From Paracoccaceae bacterium (lineage in GTDB: Bacteria > Pseudomonadota > Alphaproteobacteria > Rhodobacterales > Rhodobacteraceae): 64,000 nt of DNA. Made by a program: the position numbers and the translations under genes. This document shows positions 39,271-50,100 of the stretch, piece after piece; position 1 is the first letter of the stretch, and each line of letters opens with the position of its first letter. The notes beneath the pieces are model-generated. The model had not been told where the DNA came from. It ran no database searches and was given only the letters and a program-made list of their open reading frames with translations. Location of the stretch: NCBI GenBank assembly GCA_011389955.1, contig JAABTI010000001.1, positions 17,589-81,588 on the forward strand, given 5' to 3'.

Positions 39271-40359
39271 TCATTCGGCCGCCTCCGGCGCGCCATCGGC
39301 CCCGGCACGCAGCTTGCGGACGAGCTCCAGTTCGGACTGGAAATCGACGTAATGGGGCAGTTTGATGTGCTCCAGGAACCCTGTCGCCTGGATATTGTCG
39401 GCATGTGACAGGACGAATTCCTCGTCCTGCGCGGGCGCGCCCTGGTCGTCTTCGCCCAGTTCCTTCCAGCGCAAGGCACGATCCACCAGCGCGACGGCGA
39501 TCGCCTTGCGCTCGGTCTGTCCGAAGCTGAGCCCATACCCGCGGGTGAACTGCGCCGGCTCGGTTTTGGAGCCGGTGAACTGGTTGACGGTTTCGCATTC
39601 GGTCAGGGTGATCTCGCCGATCTCGACGGCGAATCCCAGTTCGGGGATATCCATCTCGACGGTGACCGCGCCGATGCGCAATTCGCCCACGAAGGCGTGG
39701 TTGCGGGCATAGCCGCGCTGTGTGGAATAGGCCAGGCCCAGCAGGAACCCCTCGTCGCCGCGGGCCAGCGCTTGCAGGCGCAGGGCGCGGGTGGCGGGCA
39801 GTTCCAGCGGCGCGCGGGTCAGGTCCGGTGGAGTCTCGTCGCCGGCGGCGTCCTGCTCGATCAGCCCGTCACGCCCCAGGAAGCCCGTGATATGGGGCAC
39901 GCGCGCGGGCGCGGCATCGCGGGCTTCGGCGGCGGCGGGCACATCTTCGCCCTCGGCGGCGAGTTTGAAATCCAGCAGCCGATGCGTGTAGTCGAAGGTC
40001 GGCCCCAAGACCTGTCCGCCCGGCGCATCCTTGAACGTGGCCGAGACGCGGCGGATGCAGTCCATAGCGCCGGTATCGAGGGGCCGCGACGCGCCGAACC
40101 GTGGCAGGGTGGTGCGGTAGGCGCGGATCAGGAATATCGCCTCGATCAGGTCGCCGCGCGATTGCTTGATCGCCAGCGCCGCGAGGTCGGGATCGTAGAG
40201 CGAGCCCTCGGCCATCACGCGGTTGACGGCCAGGGTCATCTGCTCGCGGATCTGCGCGACGCCCAGCTCGGGCACGTCGGTGTCGCCCCGGCGCTGTTCG
40301 GCCAGCCAGTCATGCGCGGCGTCGATGGCGCGCTCGCCGCCCTTTACGGCCACATACAT
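39271..40359 (-). CDS. phnI: C-P lyase complex subunit PhnI
   Basis: MYVAVKGGERAI, GPTFDYTHRLL and HIKLPHYVDFQSEL motifs. Confidence 0.96.
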   Translation of the reverse strand: MYVAVKGGERAIDAAHDWLAEQRRGDTDVPELGVAQIREQMTLAVNRVMAEGSLYDPDLAALAIKQSRGDLIEAIFLIRAYRTTLPRFGASRPLDTGAMDCIRRVSATFKDAPGGQVLGPTFDYTHRLLDFKLAAEGEDVPAAAEARDAAPARVPHITGFLGRDGLIEQDAAGDETPPDLTRAPLELPATRALRLQALARGDEGFLLGLAYSTQRGYARNHAFVGELRIGAVTVEMDIPELGFAVEIGEITLTECETVNQFTGSKTEPAQFTRGYGLSFGQTERKAIAVALVDRALRWKELGEDDQGAPAQDEEFVLSHADNIQATGFLEHIKLPHYVDFQSELELVRKLRAGADGAPEAAE

Positions 40360-40931
40360 CAGGCATCCTCCAACTGTGTCGAGCGGGGTATCGCCGCGAT
40401 TTGGTCGCCCGCGGTGAAATAGAAATCCAGGCCCTGCGGAAACAGCGCGTGATTGGCCTGCAAGGCGGCCAGGTCCGGCACCGAAAAGGTGGTGCTGCTG
40501 GCGATTCCCGGTCCGGTCAGGCGCGCACCGGCGGTATCGAGGGCGTCCATCTCGACAATCAGCGTGGCGGAGCGATCGGGATAACGCGCGGTGCCGGTCG
40601 GGTAATCCGCCAGTGGCACAAGCCCCTCCCATGCGCCGATGGCAAACGTGGCCTCGGCGGGGGTTGCGGCCAGGGGGGCGCCGGTGTGGAAGGCCAGCCA
40701 TTGTCGCACCGCCTGGCTGTCATGGGCGCCGGTCAGGTGCACGGGCGTGTCGCCATCGCACAAGGTAAGCAGCAGTGAACCCGCAGCCAGGGACAGGGGC
40801 GCGGGCGGCGTGGCGCCGCGCAATGTTTCGATCCGGCCGGGCCGGGCCATTGCGTTCATGCAGGCGCGGAACGCATGTGCCGCGTCGCGGGGCGCGTCCG
40901 TGAAGCCGCCTTCGAGCGTGGTTTCGTGCAT
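40359..40931 (-). CDS. phnH: C-P lyase system protein PhnH
   Basis: AMARPG, LAFHTGAP, GTARYPDRSATL and LTGPGI motifs. Confidence 0.94.
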   Translation of the reverse strand: MHETTLEGGFTDAPRDAAHAFRACMNAMARPGRIETLRGATPPAPLSLAAGSLLLTLCDGDTPVHLTGAHDSQAVRQWLAFHTGAPLAATPAEATFAIGAWEGLVPLADYPTGTARYPDRSATLIVEMDALDTAGARLTGPGIASSTTFSVPDLAALQANHALFPQGLDFYFTAGDQIAAIPRSTQLEDA

Positions 40932-41371
40932 CAGTCCTCTCCCCTGACCATGGTGAAGAAATCGACCTTGGTGGCGGCGGCTTTTGCCGCGCGGGTGCGG
41001 CGCCGTTCGTCCAGGGCGGCCTTGAGCGGGTCGAGCACCTCGGTGCGCAGGCGGCTCTCTAGCGGGGTCTGCATCAGCGCATCGATCAGCGCGGCGGTGC
41101 GGGCGTGGGTCTTGTCACGGCCCTGCACATAGGCGTGTCCGACCGTGCCGTCATCCGTCAGCCGCAAGGCGCAGCGCGTCACGGTCATCTCGCCCAGATT
41201 GAACGGGGCGCCGCTGCCCCCCATGCGGCCCTGCACCATGGTGCTGCCGATTTCGGGGGCGCGCAGCCAGTTGAAATCAGGCGCCAGTCCGGTGCTGTCC
41301 CACAGTCGGCCAAGCGCCGTGGGCGGGGCCTTGGCCAGCAGGCTCATCCAGGTTTTGCGCGTATCGCTCAT
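40931..41371 (-). CDS. phnG: C-P lyase system protein PhnG
   Basis: GRMGGSGAPFNLGEMTVTRC and AAATKVDFFTMVRGED motifs. Confidence 0.95.
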   Translation of the reverse strand: MSDTRKTWMSLLAKAPPTALGRLWDSTGLAPDFNWLRAPEIGSTMVQGRMGGSGAPFNLGEMTVTRCALRLTDDGTVGHAYVQGRDKTHARTAALIDALMQTPLESRLRTEVLDPLKAALDERRRTRAAKAAATKVDFFTMVRGED

Positions 41372-41393
41372 TTTTTTGGACACCCTTGCATGG

Positions 41394-41432
41394 TTGTCTA
41401 GATAAATATACAACTAGACAAATATAGACATT
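41394..41432. promoter_or_regulatory. Putative PhnF (HutC-type GntR) operator
   Basis: TTGTCTAGATAA, then ATATACAA, CTAGACAA and ATAGACAT (GTNTANAC-like) in the phnG/phnF spacer. Confidence 0.65.
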
Positions 41433-41462
41433 ATTGCGCCGGTCCGTGCAAGGGGGTGCGTG

Positions 41463-41480
41463 GTGAAACTTTTGTGACGG
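41463..41480 (-). promoter_or_regulatory. Pho box upstream of phnG
   Basis: Minus strand reads CCGTCAC-aaaa-GTTTCAC. Confidence 0.7.
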
Positions 41481-41491
41481 GAAGGGCCGGC

Positions 41492-42211
41492 ATGGGCCGA
41501 ACGGCGATCTGGACATCCATTCGTGACGCGGTTTCGGCAGAAATCGCCCAAGGCCATTATGCGCCGGGTGACAAGCTGCCGACCGAGGCAAGGCTGGCGG
41601 AACGGTTCGGGGTCAACCGGCACACGGTGCGCCGTGCCCTGGCCGCCCTTGGCGATGCGGGGCTTACACATGCGCGCCGGGGCGCGGGGGTATTCGTGGC
41701 GGCGCGGCCCGCCGATTACCCGATCGGGCGGCGTGTGCGTTTCCATCAAAACCTGGCAGAGGCCGGGCGCAGCCCCGAGCGCAGGCTTTCGCGGCGCGAG
41801 ACGCGCGCGGCCGACCAGCGCGAGGCCAAGGCGCTGGACCTGGAGCAGGGCGCGCAGGTGCATGTGATCGAAGGTGTGTCGCTGGCCGATGATGCGCCGC
41901 TGGCCCTGTTCCGCAGCGTGTTTCCGGCGGCGCGGTTCCCCGGTCTTCTGGACCGGCTGTCGCGTTTGGCTTCGGTGACCGAGGCGCTGCGCGAAGAGGG
42001 GCTGGGTGACTACACCCGTGCCGAGACGCGCATCACCGCCAAGGTGGCCTCGGCCACTCAGGCGCTGCACCTGCGCCTGCCCGAATCCGCGCCGATCCTG
42101 CGCACCGTGGCGGTGAACGTCGATGCCGACGGCGTGCCGGTGGAGTTCGGTCATACCTGGTTCGCGGGTGACAGGATCACCCTGACTGTCGCGCCGGAGG
42201 ATTTGCGCTAG
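41492..42211 (+). CDS. phnF: Phosphonate metabolism regulator, GntR/HutC family
   Basis: GDKLPTEARLAERFGVNRHTVRRAL HTH plus UTRA domain. Confidence 0.93.
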   Translation: MGRTAIWTSIRDAVSAEIAQGHYAPGDKLPTEARLAERFGVNRHTVRRALAALGDAGLTHARRGAGVFVAARPADYPIGRRVRFHQNLAEAGRSPERRLSRRETRAADQREAKALDLEQGAQVHVIEGVSLADDAPLALFRSVFPAARFPGLLDRLSRLASVTEALREEGLGDYTRAETRITAKVASATQALHLRLPESAPILRTVAVNVDADGVPVEFGHTWFAGDRITLTVAPEDLR

Positions 42212-42251
42212 CGTTCGGCATCTGACACGAGCGGGCGGTGCCCTGCGGGCG

Positions 42252-42944
42252 CTATTCCGCGCGGGGCGCGATATCCGACGGCCGCTCCAGGTCAGTCATG
42301 CTCCCGGCCCCTTGCCGGGTAGCGACCCGGCCTTCGTGCTTTTCCAGGAACGCGGCGGCGGGCAGGGTGCGGAAATCCTCCAGCGCGGCGTGCAGGCGTT
42401 GGTGTGGCCAGTCCCACCACGCCAGCGCCACCATTCGTTCCGCGATGTCCTGCGGCTGGCGGCGTTTCAGCGGCCGGGCGGGCACTCCGGCGACGATGGT
42501 ATAGGGATCGACATCGCGCGTCACCACCGCGCCCGCCGCCACCACCGCGCCGTCGTGCAGTGTGACCTCGGGCATGATCACCGCGCCGTGGCCGACCCAT
42601 GTGTCGTGGCCGATATGGGCGCGTCGCCCGGCGCGGTGTTCGAAAAAGGCCGTGTCCGGCGCGGTATCGTCGAAATAGTCGTGCGAGCGATACAGGAAAT
42701 GGTGCAGCGACGCCGTATGCAGCGGATGGTCTGTCGGGCCAATGCGGCTGAACGCGGCAATGTTGGCGAACTTGCCGATGGTGGCGTTGGCGATCTCGGC
42801 GTAGCGGTCGGTGTAGCTGTAATCGCCGATGATCGCGTTGATGATGCGGCTGCCGCGGCCGATTTCGGTGTAGCGGCCCAGGGTGCTGCCGGTCATTTCG
42901 ACATCGGGATGTATCATCGGGGTGTCGGCGCTCAGACGGGGCAT
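42252..42944 (-). CDS. Phosphonate-cluster hexapeptide-repeat acetyltransferase
   Basis: IGDYSY, IGKFANIA, IGHDTWVGHGA, PYTIVAGVPA and LAWWDW motifs. Confidence 0.88.
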   Translation of the reverse strand: MPRLSADTPMIHPDVEMTGSTLGRYTEIGRGSRIINAIIGDYSYTDRYAEIANATIGKFANIAAFSRIGPTDHPLHTASLHHFLYRSHDYFDDTAPDTAFFEHRAGRRAHIGHDTWVGHGAVIMPEVTLHDGAVVAAGAVVTRDVDPYTIVAGVPARPLKRRQPQDIAERMVALAWWDWPHQRLHAALEDFRTLPAAAFLEKHEGRVATRQGAGSMTDLERPSDIAPRAE

Positions 42945-42965
42945 GGCGGGTCTCCTTTAACGTGA

Positions 42966-44309
42966 TCAGCCGTCATCGCCTGCGCGGATAAGGCGGCGAC
43001 GGATCGTTCCCGAGACCCAGTCCATGAACACCACCAGCAGCACGATCAGCACGATGTAGTAGCTGACCTTTTCCCAGTCCTGCTGGGTGATGATGGCCTG
43101 GGTCAGCAGGAGACCGATGCCGCCGCCGGTGATGGCGCCGATGATGGTGGCGCTGCGGGTGTTGGACTCAAGGTAGTAGAGCACCTGGCTGAGCAGGATC
43201 GGCGTGATCTGCGGGATGACCCCGAAGCGGTAGCGTTGAAGCGGCTTGGCCCCGGTGGACTGGACGCCTTCGATTTCGCGCGGGTCCACGTTTTCCAGCG
43301 CCTCCGAGAACATCTTGCCGAAGCTGCCGGTATCGGTGAGCAGGATTGCCAGGCTGCCGGTCAGCGGCCCAGGTCCGAAGGCGCGGGACAGAACGATCGT
43401 CCAGATCAGGGCGTCGACCCCGCGCAGCAGGTCGAACATGCGGCGGAAGGCCTGGCGCACGACTATCAGCGGGGTGAAGTTGCGCGCGGCCAGGAACGCC
43501 ACCGGCAGGGCCACCATAGCCGCGCCCATGGTGCCCAGGAACGCCATCAGCAGGGTTTCGAACAGCGCCCAAAGCACGTCCTTGTGGCGCCACATCTGAT
43601 TGTTCCAGACGTCGCCGACGATGGCGGCAAGGTTGCTCTGCCCCGGCTCGACGCGATCCCCCCAGAGGGCGAGTTCTGTCAGTTCGCCGAAGGACTTGCC
43701 GTAAAAGGGGCTGTCGAGCGTGAACCAGAACAATTCCCACCCGAAGGCGTAGCGCATGACCTCGGTGCGCGCCTTGGTGACGGTCACGCGGCCGGCATCG
43801 GTGGTGATGTTCACACGCGCGTTCGATGCGCTGATCCAGTCGGGTGTTTCATCGGTTGGCAGCGTCAGTTCGATCCCCCGCCGGTTGGCCGTGGCGGTTA
43901 CCAGCCCGTAGCCGGGCACGTCGTAGCGCATCGTGTCACCGTCGATCAGCACCTCGTGGTCGCCGGGCAGGTCGACGCGGGCGCTGTCCTCGCCCGACAT
44001 GGCGACCCATTCGGGCGACATGCCCTCGGGGTAGCGGCCCTTGGCGCTGCCTTCGACCGCCGCGGTGATGCCGCCGGTGCGGTTGTCGCGAGTGACGTGG
44101 GTCTTGTAGCTGTAGCTGTCGGCGACCAGGATGGCCGCGTTGTCCATGCGGGCGCGTTCGGCCAGGCCGGGGACGTCGAAGGCGAAGAAGACATAGACGA
44201 AATAGGCCAGCACGACCACCGGCACCGCGCCGGCAAAGAGGCGCTTGCGGGCGAACATAGCCAGTGCGGCGTCATGTTTCCGGACGATCGGGGCGTCTGT
44301 CATCGTCAT
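42966..44309 (-). CDS. phnE: Phosphonate ABC permease PhnE (long form)
   Basis: ETLLMAFLGT, FGKMFSEALE and LESNTRSATIIG motifs. Confidence 0.92.
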   Translation of the reverse strand: MTMTDAPIVRKHDAALAMFARKRLFAGAVPVVVLAYFVYVFFAFDVPGLAERARMDNAAILVADSYSYKTHVTRDNRTGGITAAVEGSAKGRYPEGMSPEWVAMSGEDSARVDLPGDHEVLIDGDTMRYDVPGYGLVTATANRRGIELTLPTDETPDWISASNARVNITTDAGRVTVTKARTEVMRYAFGWELFWFTLDSPFYGKSFGELTELALWGDRVEPGQSNLAAIVGDVWNNQMWRHKDVLWALFETLLMAFLGTMGAAMVALPVAFLAARNFTPLIVVRQAFRRMFDLLRGVDALIWTIVLSRAFGPGPLTGSLAILLTDTGSFGKMFSEALENVDPREIEGVQSTGAKPLQRYRFGVIPQITPILLSQVLYYLESNTRSATIIGAITGGGIGLLLTQAIITQQDWEKVSYYIVLIVLLVVFMDWVSGTIRRRLIRAGDDG

Positions 44310-44312
44310 CGC

Positions 44313-45185
44313 TCAGGCCTTTCCGGTCAGCTTGTTGCGGTAGTGGCTGGAGAGTTGATCGAACAAGACGATGGTGCCGAACAGCAGCAGGAAGATCGCG
44401 GCGACCTCGTCGTAGCGGCCCTGCCCCCAGCTGAAGGCGTTTTTCAGGTCATAGCCGATGCCGCCCGATCCCACGAAGCCCAGGATCGCCGAGGCGCGGA
44501 TGTTGATCTCGAACCGCAGCAGCGCGTAGCTGAGGTAGTTCGGCGCGACCTGCGGTATGACGCCCAGCCACATCCGTTGCGTCCACGATGCGCCGACCGA
44601 TTGCAGCCCGTCGAGCGGCTTGAGCGAGGCGTTTTCGTTGACCTCGGAGAACAGCTTGCCCAATGCGCCGACGGTGTGCAGGGCGATGGCGATCATCGCC
44701 GGAACCGGCCCGCCGCCGAGAATGAAGATCAGAACCAGCGCAATCACGATCTCGGGGATGGCGCGCAGCAGGTCCAGCAGCCGCCGCACCACCGCGATCA
44801 GGCGCGGCCAGCGCGCCAGCCCCCGCGTGGCCAGCAGTGACAAGACGATGGCCGCCATCGCCCCCAGCAGGGTGGACGCGGCGGCGATGTTGATCGTTTC
44901 CAGCAGCGAGGGAAAGAACTTGACCATCAGGGCGGGCAGCAGCGTGATCTTTTCGCCCGCTTCGCGCAGCACCTCGCCGGGGAAGTCGAAAATGTTGGAT
45001 ATCCCGTTGGCAAAGCTGCCGGCGCTGCGGTCGTCGGCCAGGCGGAACCCCGACACCATCAGCGCCACGAACACCGCCAGCATCGCCGCGCCATAAAGGC
45101 GCTTGCGGCGCGTCATTTCCATGTAGGCGGCCTGCACGTTTTCCACGTGCCGCTTGCCTGTCTGCCCTGCCGCCAGATCGATCAT
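44313..45185 (-). CDS. phnE: Phosphonate ABC permease PhnE
   Basis: GALGKLFSEVNE and RFEINIRASAILGFVG motifs. Confidence 0.93.
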   Translation of the reverse strand: MIDLAAGQTGKRHVENVQAAYMEMTRRKRLYGAAMLAVFVALMVSGFRLADDRSAGSFANGISNIFDFPGEVLREAGEKITLLPALMVKFFPSLLETINIAAASTLLGAMAAIVLSLLATRGLARWPRLIAVVRRLLDLLRAIPEIVIALVLIFILGGGPVPAMIAIALHTVGALGKLFSEVNENASLKPLDGLQSVGASWTQRMWLGVIPQVAPNYLSYALLRFEINIRASAILGFVGSGGIGYDLKNAFSWGQGRYDEVAAIFLLLFGTIVLFDQLSSHYRNKLTGKA

Positions 45186-45207
45186 GCCTGTCCCCCGTCA
45201 TGCGAAT

Positions 45208-45235
45208 CCGGGCCCGCGCATGGTGGCGGGCCCGG
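45208..45235 (-). terminator. Intercistronic hairpin after phnD
   Basis: CCGGGCCCGC...GCGGGCCCGG perfect 10-bp stem. Confidence 0.55.
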
Positions 45236-45256
45236 TCTTGTGTCAGCCTGAAGGGC

Positions 45257-46159
45257 TTACATCTTGGATTTGCGCGCCTCGACGATCGAGGTGTAGGCGT
45301 CGTGGTCGATGGGCTGGAAGCCCAGCGCCTCGCCGGCCATGAAGTTATAGGCGCAGTCGGGGTCCATGTAGGGCAGCGAGGCGGTCAGCGTGGCGATGTC
45401 CAGCTTGACGCGCTCGGGCAGTTCGCTGCGCAGCACGATCGGGCCTTCGGGGATCGGCTTGGACTGCCAGATCTGGACCAACTCGTTCATGTCCACGAGG
45501 CCGGCATCGGATGCCTTGCGCAGGGCGCCCGAGTTGTAGCCGTCTTCCCACTCGCCCATGCCGTCGGCCCAGGTCACGCCGCCGTCAACGTCGCCGTTGG
45601 CCACCGCGACGATGGTCTGTTCGTGGCCACCGGTGAACTTGACCTCGCCGAAATAATCGCCCGACTCCATGCTGGCGCCGGTTGCCTGCGGGATCTCGAT
45701 CGACGGGATCAGGTAGCCCGAGGTCGAGTTGGGATCGCCGAAGCCGAAGACCTTGCCGTTCATGTCATCCAGCGAGGTGATGCCGCTGTCCTTGCGGGCG
45801 AAACCGATGGAATGGTAGCCGTAGGAGCCGTCCATGTTGGTCTTGACCATGATCGGCTCGACGGCGTCGGGATCGTTCAGGTAGGTCTTGGCATAGCCCG
45901 AGGCACCCAGCCAGGCCATGTCGATGGTGTCGCCCAGCAGGCCCTGGATCACGCCGTCATAGTCGGCAGGCGTGAACAGCTTGACCGGCACACCCAGCAG
46001 CTCCTCGGCCTTGGCGCGGTAGCATTCGTTGCTGGCCAGGCGGTCCTGCGCGTTCTCGCCGCCCAGGATGCCGATGCGGAATTCGCTGATGCTGTCCTGT
46101 GCAAGCGCGGGGCTTACGAGGGCGGTTGTCATCGCGATGGTGGCAAGGAAGTGTTTCAT
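45257..46159 (-). CDS. phnD: Phosphonate ABC substrate-binding protein
   Basis: Signal peptide; IGILGGEN, DPNSTSGYLIP and GGHEQ motifs. Confidence 0.93.
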   Translation of the reverse strand: MKHFLATIAMTTALVSPALAQDSISEFRIGILGGENAQDRLASNECYRAKAEELLGVPVKLFTPADYDGVIQGLLGDTIDMAWLGASGYAKTYLNDPDAVEPIMVKTNMDGSYGYHSIGFARKDSGITSLDDMNGKVFGFGDPNSTSGYLIPSIEIPQATGASMESGDYFGEVKFTGGHEQTIVAVANGDVDGGVTWADGMGEWEDGYNSGALRKASDAGLVDMNELVQIWQSKPIPEGPIVLRSELPERVKLDIATLTASLPYMDPDCAYNFMAGEALGFQPIDHDAYTSIVEARKSKM

Positions 46160-46220
46160 GATCTCTCTCCGGTTGGTTTGCCCGCCGTGGATGTTGTTGG
46201 CGGGGCAGGGTGAAACTGGG

Positions 46221-47045
46221 TCAAACGGCTGCTTCGGCCTCGTGCAGGGCCTTGGCCGCTGCGGATTCCGGCGACTCGAGCGCTGTGCTGGTGGCTGCCT
46301 CGGAAAAGCTGGCTCCGGCGCCGTAGATGTCGCGCGCGACCCCGGTGGTCAGTTGCGCGGGCGTGCCATCGAAGACGACGCGGCCCATGCGCATCCCGAT
46401 GACGCGGTCGCAATACTTTCGCGCCGTGTCCAGGGTATGAAGATTTGCGATGACCATGCGGCCATCCTCGTCATGAATGCGGCGCAGCGCATCCATCACG
46501 ATCTGCGCATTCATCGGGTCGAGCGATGCGATCGGCTCGTCGGCCAGGATGATGCGTGGATCCTGCATGAGGGCCCGCGCGATGGCGACGCGCTGCTGCT
46601 GTCCGCCCGAGAGGGATTCGGCGCGTTTGGCGGCATGATCGGCGATGCCCAGCCTGTCGAGGATGTCGATGGCGCGGTGGATATCCGCGTTGGGATAGAG
46701 GTTGAACATCGTCGCCAGCGACGAGCGCGCGTTCAGCGTGCCGTGCAGGACATTGCTGACCACGTCCATGCGCGGGACCAGGTTGAATTGCTGGAAGATC
46801 ATCGCGCAATCGGATTGCCAGGCCCGCTTGCGCGCGCCGGACAGTTTCAGAACCTCGCGCCCTTCGAACTCGATCTGGCCCGAGGTTGCGTCGGTCATGC
46901 GATTGAGCATGCGCAGAAGGGTGGATTTGCCGGCACCCGACGCGCCTATGATGCCGATCATCGCGGGGCGGTCCACGGCAAAATCGACGTTGTCCACAGC
47001 GGTGTTGGCGCCGAAGGATTTGGTCAGGTTTCGGACCTTTAGCAT
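46221..47045 (-). CDS. phnC: Phosphonate ABC ATPase
   Basis: [30 protein letters not shown] and DEPIASLDP motifs. Confidence 0.94.
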   Translation of the reverse strand: MLKVRNLTKSFGANTAVDNVDFAVDRPAMIGIIGASGAGKSTLLRMLNRMTDATSGQIEFEGREVLKLSGARKRAWQSDCAMIFQQFNLVPRMDVVSNVLHGTLNARSSLATMFNLYPNADIHRAIDILDRLGIADHAAKRAESLSGGQQQRVAIARALMQDPRIILADEPIASLDPMNAQIVMDALRRIHDEDGRMVIANLHTLDTARKYCDRVIGMRMGRVVFDGTPAQLTTGVARDIYGAGASFSEAATSTALESPESAAAKALHEAEAAV

Positions 47046-47103
47046 TTCGCGACTCCCGCTTGATAACTTGCGGTGACGTGTGACGCCGAAATGATTCAGC
47101 GAG

Positions 47104-47132
47104 GTGTCGGGAAAATAAAGGTTTTGTAACGG
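47104..47132 (-). promoter_or_regulatory. Degenerate Pho box upstream of phnC
   Basis: Minus strand reads CCGTTAC-aaaa-CCTTTAT-tttc-CCGACAC at an 11-bp period. Confidence 0.55.
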
Positions 47133-47144
47133 ACCATCGTCGGG

Positions 47145-50100
47145 TCAGGCGGGGTCGGCGGCTTCCAGTTCGGCGCGAAGGCGCTCTTCTTCCTGTGCGC
47201 GCGGCGGTGAAAAGCGCGCCAGCAGAAGGTAGACGACCGGGGTCAGGAACAGCGTCATCACCGTGGCCAGACCCAGCCCGCCGACGATCACCCAGCCAAG
47301 CGCTTCGCGGGCCTCGGCGCCCGCGCCGGACGACAGGATCAGAGGCACGCCGCCCAGCACCGTCGAGGCCATGGTCATCACCACCGGTCGCAGCCGGATG
47401 GAGCAGGCGCGCAGGATCGCATCATGCACCTGCGCCCCCTGATCGCGGAGCTGATTGGCGAATTCGACGATCAGGATGCCGTTCTTGGCCATGATCCCGA
47501 TCAGCATCACCAGCCCGATCTGGGAATAGACATTCAGGCTTTGCCCCGTCACCAGCAGCGCGAAGACCGCGCACGCCAGTCCCAGCGGGACCGTGGCCAT
47601 CACCACCACCGCCGAGATCGTGCTTTCGAACTGGGCCGCCAGCACCAGGAACACCACGATGATGGCAAAGCCGAAGGTCAGCATCAGCCCTGACGAGGTT
47701 TGATCCAAGGTCGCGGCCTCGGCCAGCGGCACGATGCGGTTGACGGGGGCGAGCAACTCCGCCGCCTGCTGTTCGACCCGTTCCAACGCATCACCGATGG
47801 CCAGTTTTGGCGTCAGGCCGGCGGTTATCTCGATGGCGCGCTTCTGGCCCTCGCGGTTCAGTTCGGGGGAGATGGCGCGCTCCTGCAGGGTCACGAAGGT
47901 GGACATCGGCACCATCTGGCCATCGCCCGTTTGCAGGAATATCCGTTCGAGATCGCCGGGGTCGTTGACCGGGTTGGAGGTGGAGAGCATGCGAATTTCG
48001 TAGCTGGTCGCGTCGATGAACACCTCGCCGACGCTGCGGCCTTCGAGGACCGCGCGCAGCGCATCGCCGAGGCCCGTGATGTCGATGCCCAGATCGGCGG
48101 CGCGGGCGCGGTCGATACGGATGAACAACTGCGGCTGGGTGGTCTCGTAATCGACGCGCACCTGTCCCATCTGCGGATCCTGCTGAAGGCGCGTGACGAG
48201 CTCTTTGGCGACATCGGCAAGCTGCGCGTAATCGTCGCCGGTGATCGCGAAGGTAAGCCCGCGCCCGGCGCCGCGAATACCCAGCGAATTGGGCTGGATG
48301 GCATAGGCGCGCACGCCGATCACGTCGCGCAGGCGGCGGTTCATCTCGCCGACGATTTCATCCTGGCTCCGGCTGCGTTCATCCCATTTGGCCAGGCGCA
48401 TGACGATGAAGCCACGATTGTCGCCGCGATAGCCGGTGAACGAGAACACATCCGTCATCTCGCCGCTGTCCCTCAGCGGCGAGATCGCCTGTTCGATCTC
48501 GTGCAGCTTGGCGGTGGTGTAGTTCAGCGAAACGCCCTGCGGCGCGGTGATCGACATCAGGGCGATGGCGCGATCCTCGCGCGGGGTGAGTTCCTGCCGG
48601 ATCGTACCGGCGACCATCGCGGCGGTCGCGGCGAACAGAACCGCCGCTACCACCACCACGAACGGCGCTGCCAGAGCCGCGCGCAGCAGCTTCTGATAGA
48701 GCGCCGCCAGCGATTGACCCAGCCATACGACCGGACTGCGCCGTGCCGGTGCGGCGGGGGGTGGCCGGGTCAGAAGGCGACTGGCCAGCATGGGACACAG
48801 GCTCAGCGCGACGACCGATGACAGCAGCACCGCCATCGCCAGCGTGAAGCCGAATTCGCGAAACAGCCCGCCCGCCTGCCCCGGCAGGAACGACAGCGGT
48901 ATGAACACGGCTGCCAGTGTCGCCGTGGTGGTGACCACGGCGAAAAACACCTGGCCGGTTCCCAGCACCGCAGCCGCGCGCGCGCCGGTGCCATCGGAGC
49001 GCCGCCGCACGATGTTTTCCAACACCACGATGGCGTCATCGACAACCAGGCCGGTGGCCAGCACAAGCGCCAGCAGCGTCAGGATATTGACCGAAAAGCC
49101 CACTATCCAGATCGCCGCCAGCGTGCCGATGAGGGCCACCGGCATGGTCAGTGCGGGTATCAAGGTGGCGCGCACATCGCGCAGGAACGCGAAGATCACC
49201 AGAACCACGATGCCCACGGCCAGCGACAGGGTCTTGAGCACCTCGGTGATCGCGCCATTGATGAACACCGCGTCGTCGGAGGTGACGAAGATGTTGATAT
49301 CGTCCGGCAGGCTTTTGTCGAGGCTGTCCACGACCTCGTGGACATCGTGCGAGATTTCCAGCGTGTTCGACGTGGCCTGCCGGATCACGCCGATGCCGAT
49401 CCCGGTTTCGCCATTGGCGCGCAACACCGTTGCGTTGGGTGCGGGTCCGAGGCTGACGCGGGCGACATCGCCCAGCGACACGTTGGGCGCCAGTTCCAGC
49501 GCCTCGAACGCCTCGGGGGTGGTCACGGTCGCGGTGGTGCGCACGCTGACGCTTTGCTGGCCGCCGGTCAGATCGCCGGCGGGCACGTCATAGCTGACAT
49601 TGGCGAGCGCGCGGCGAATATCGGCCAGCGTGAGCCCGCGACTGGCCAGTTCCATCTGGTCGATATCCACCCGGAAGATCGCCTCGCGGTCACCGTAGAT
49701 CTGGAGATCGGCGACCCCGGGCAGGGAGACGAGGCGGTCCTCGATACGGTCGGAAACGATGCGTGTCAGATCCTGCGGTGCGCGCGTGGGCGATGTCACC
49801 GCAATGCGCACCACGGGTTGTGCATTGGCATCGGCCTTGACGATTTCGGGGGTCTCGGCATCGTCCGGAAGATCGTTGGCGATGCGCGCGACCGCGTCGC
49901 GGGTATCCGTGGCGGCGGTGTCCAGATCGACGTTGTCGTTGAATTCAAGCGTTACGCGGCTGCGTCCGAAACGGGAATTCGACGAGATCGCCCGCACGCC
50001 CGATATGCGACCGGCGGCACCTTCGATCCGGCCGGTGATTTCCTGGTCCACGCTTTCGGGCGAGGCGCCGGGAAAGTAGGTGGTGATGGTCACCACCGGC

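Noticed and set aside
42966-44309. Unusually long PhnE with a large soluble insert
   Set aside because: A long second PhnE is typical of alphaproteobacterial phnCDEE operons.
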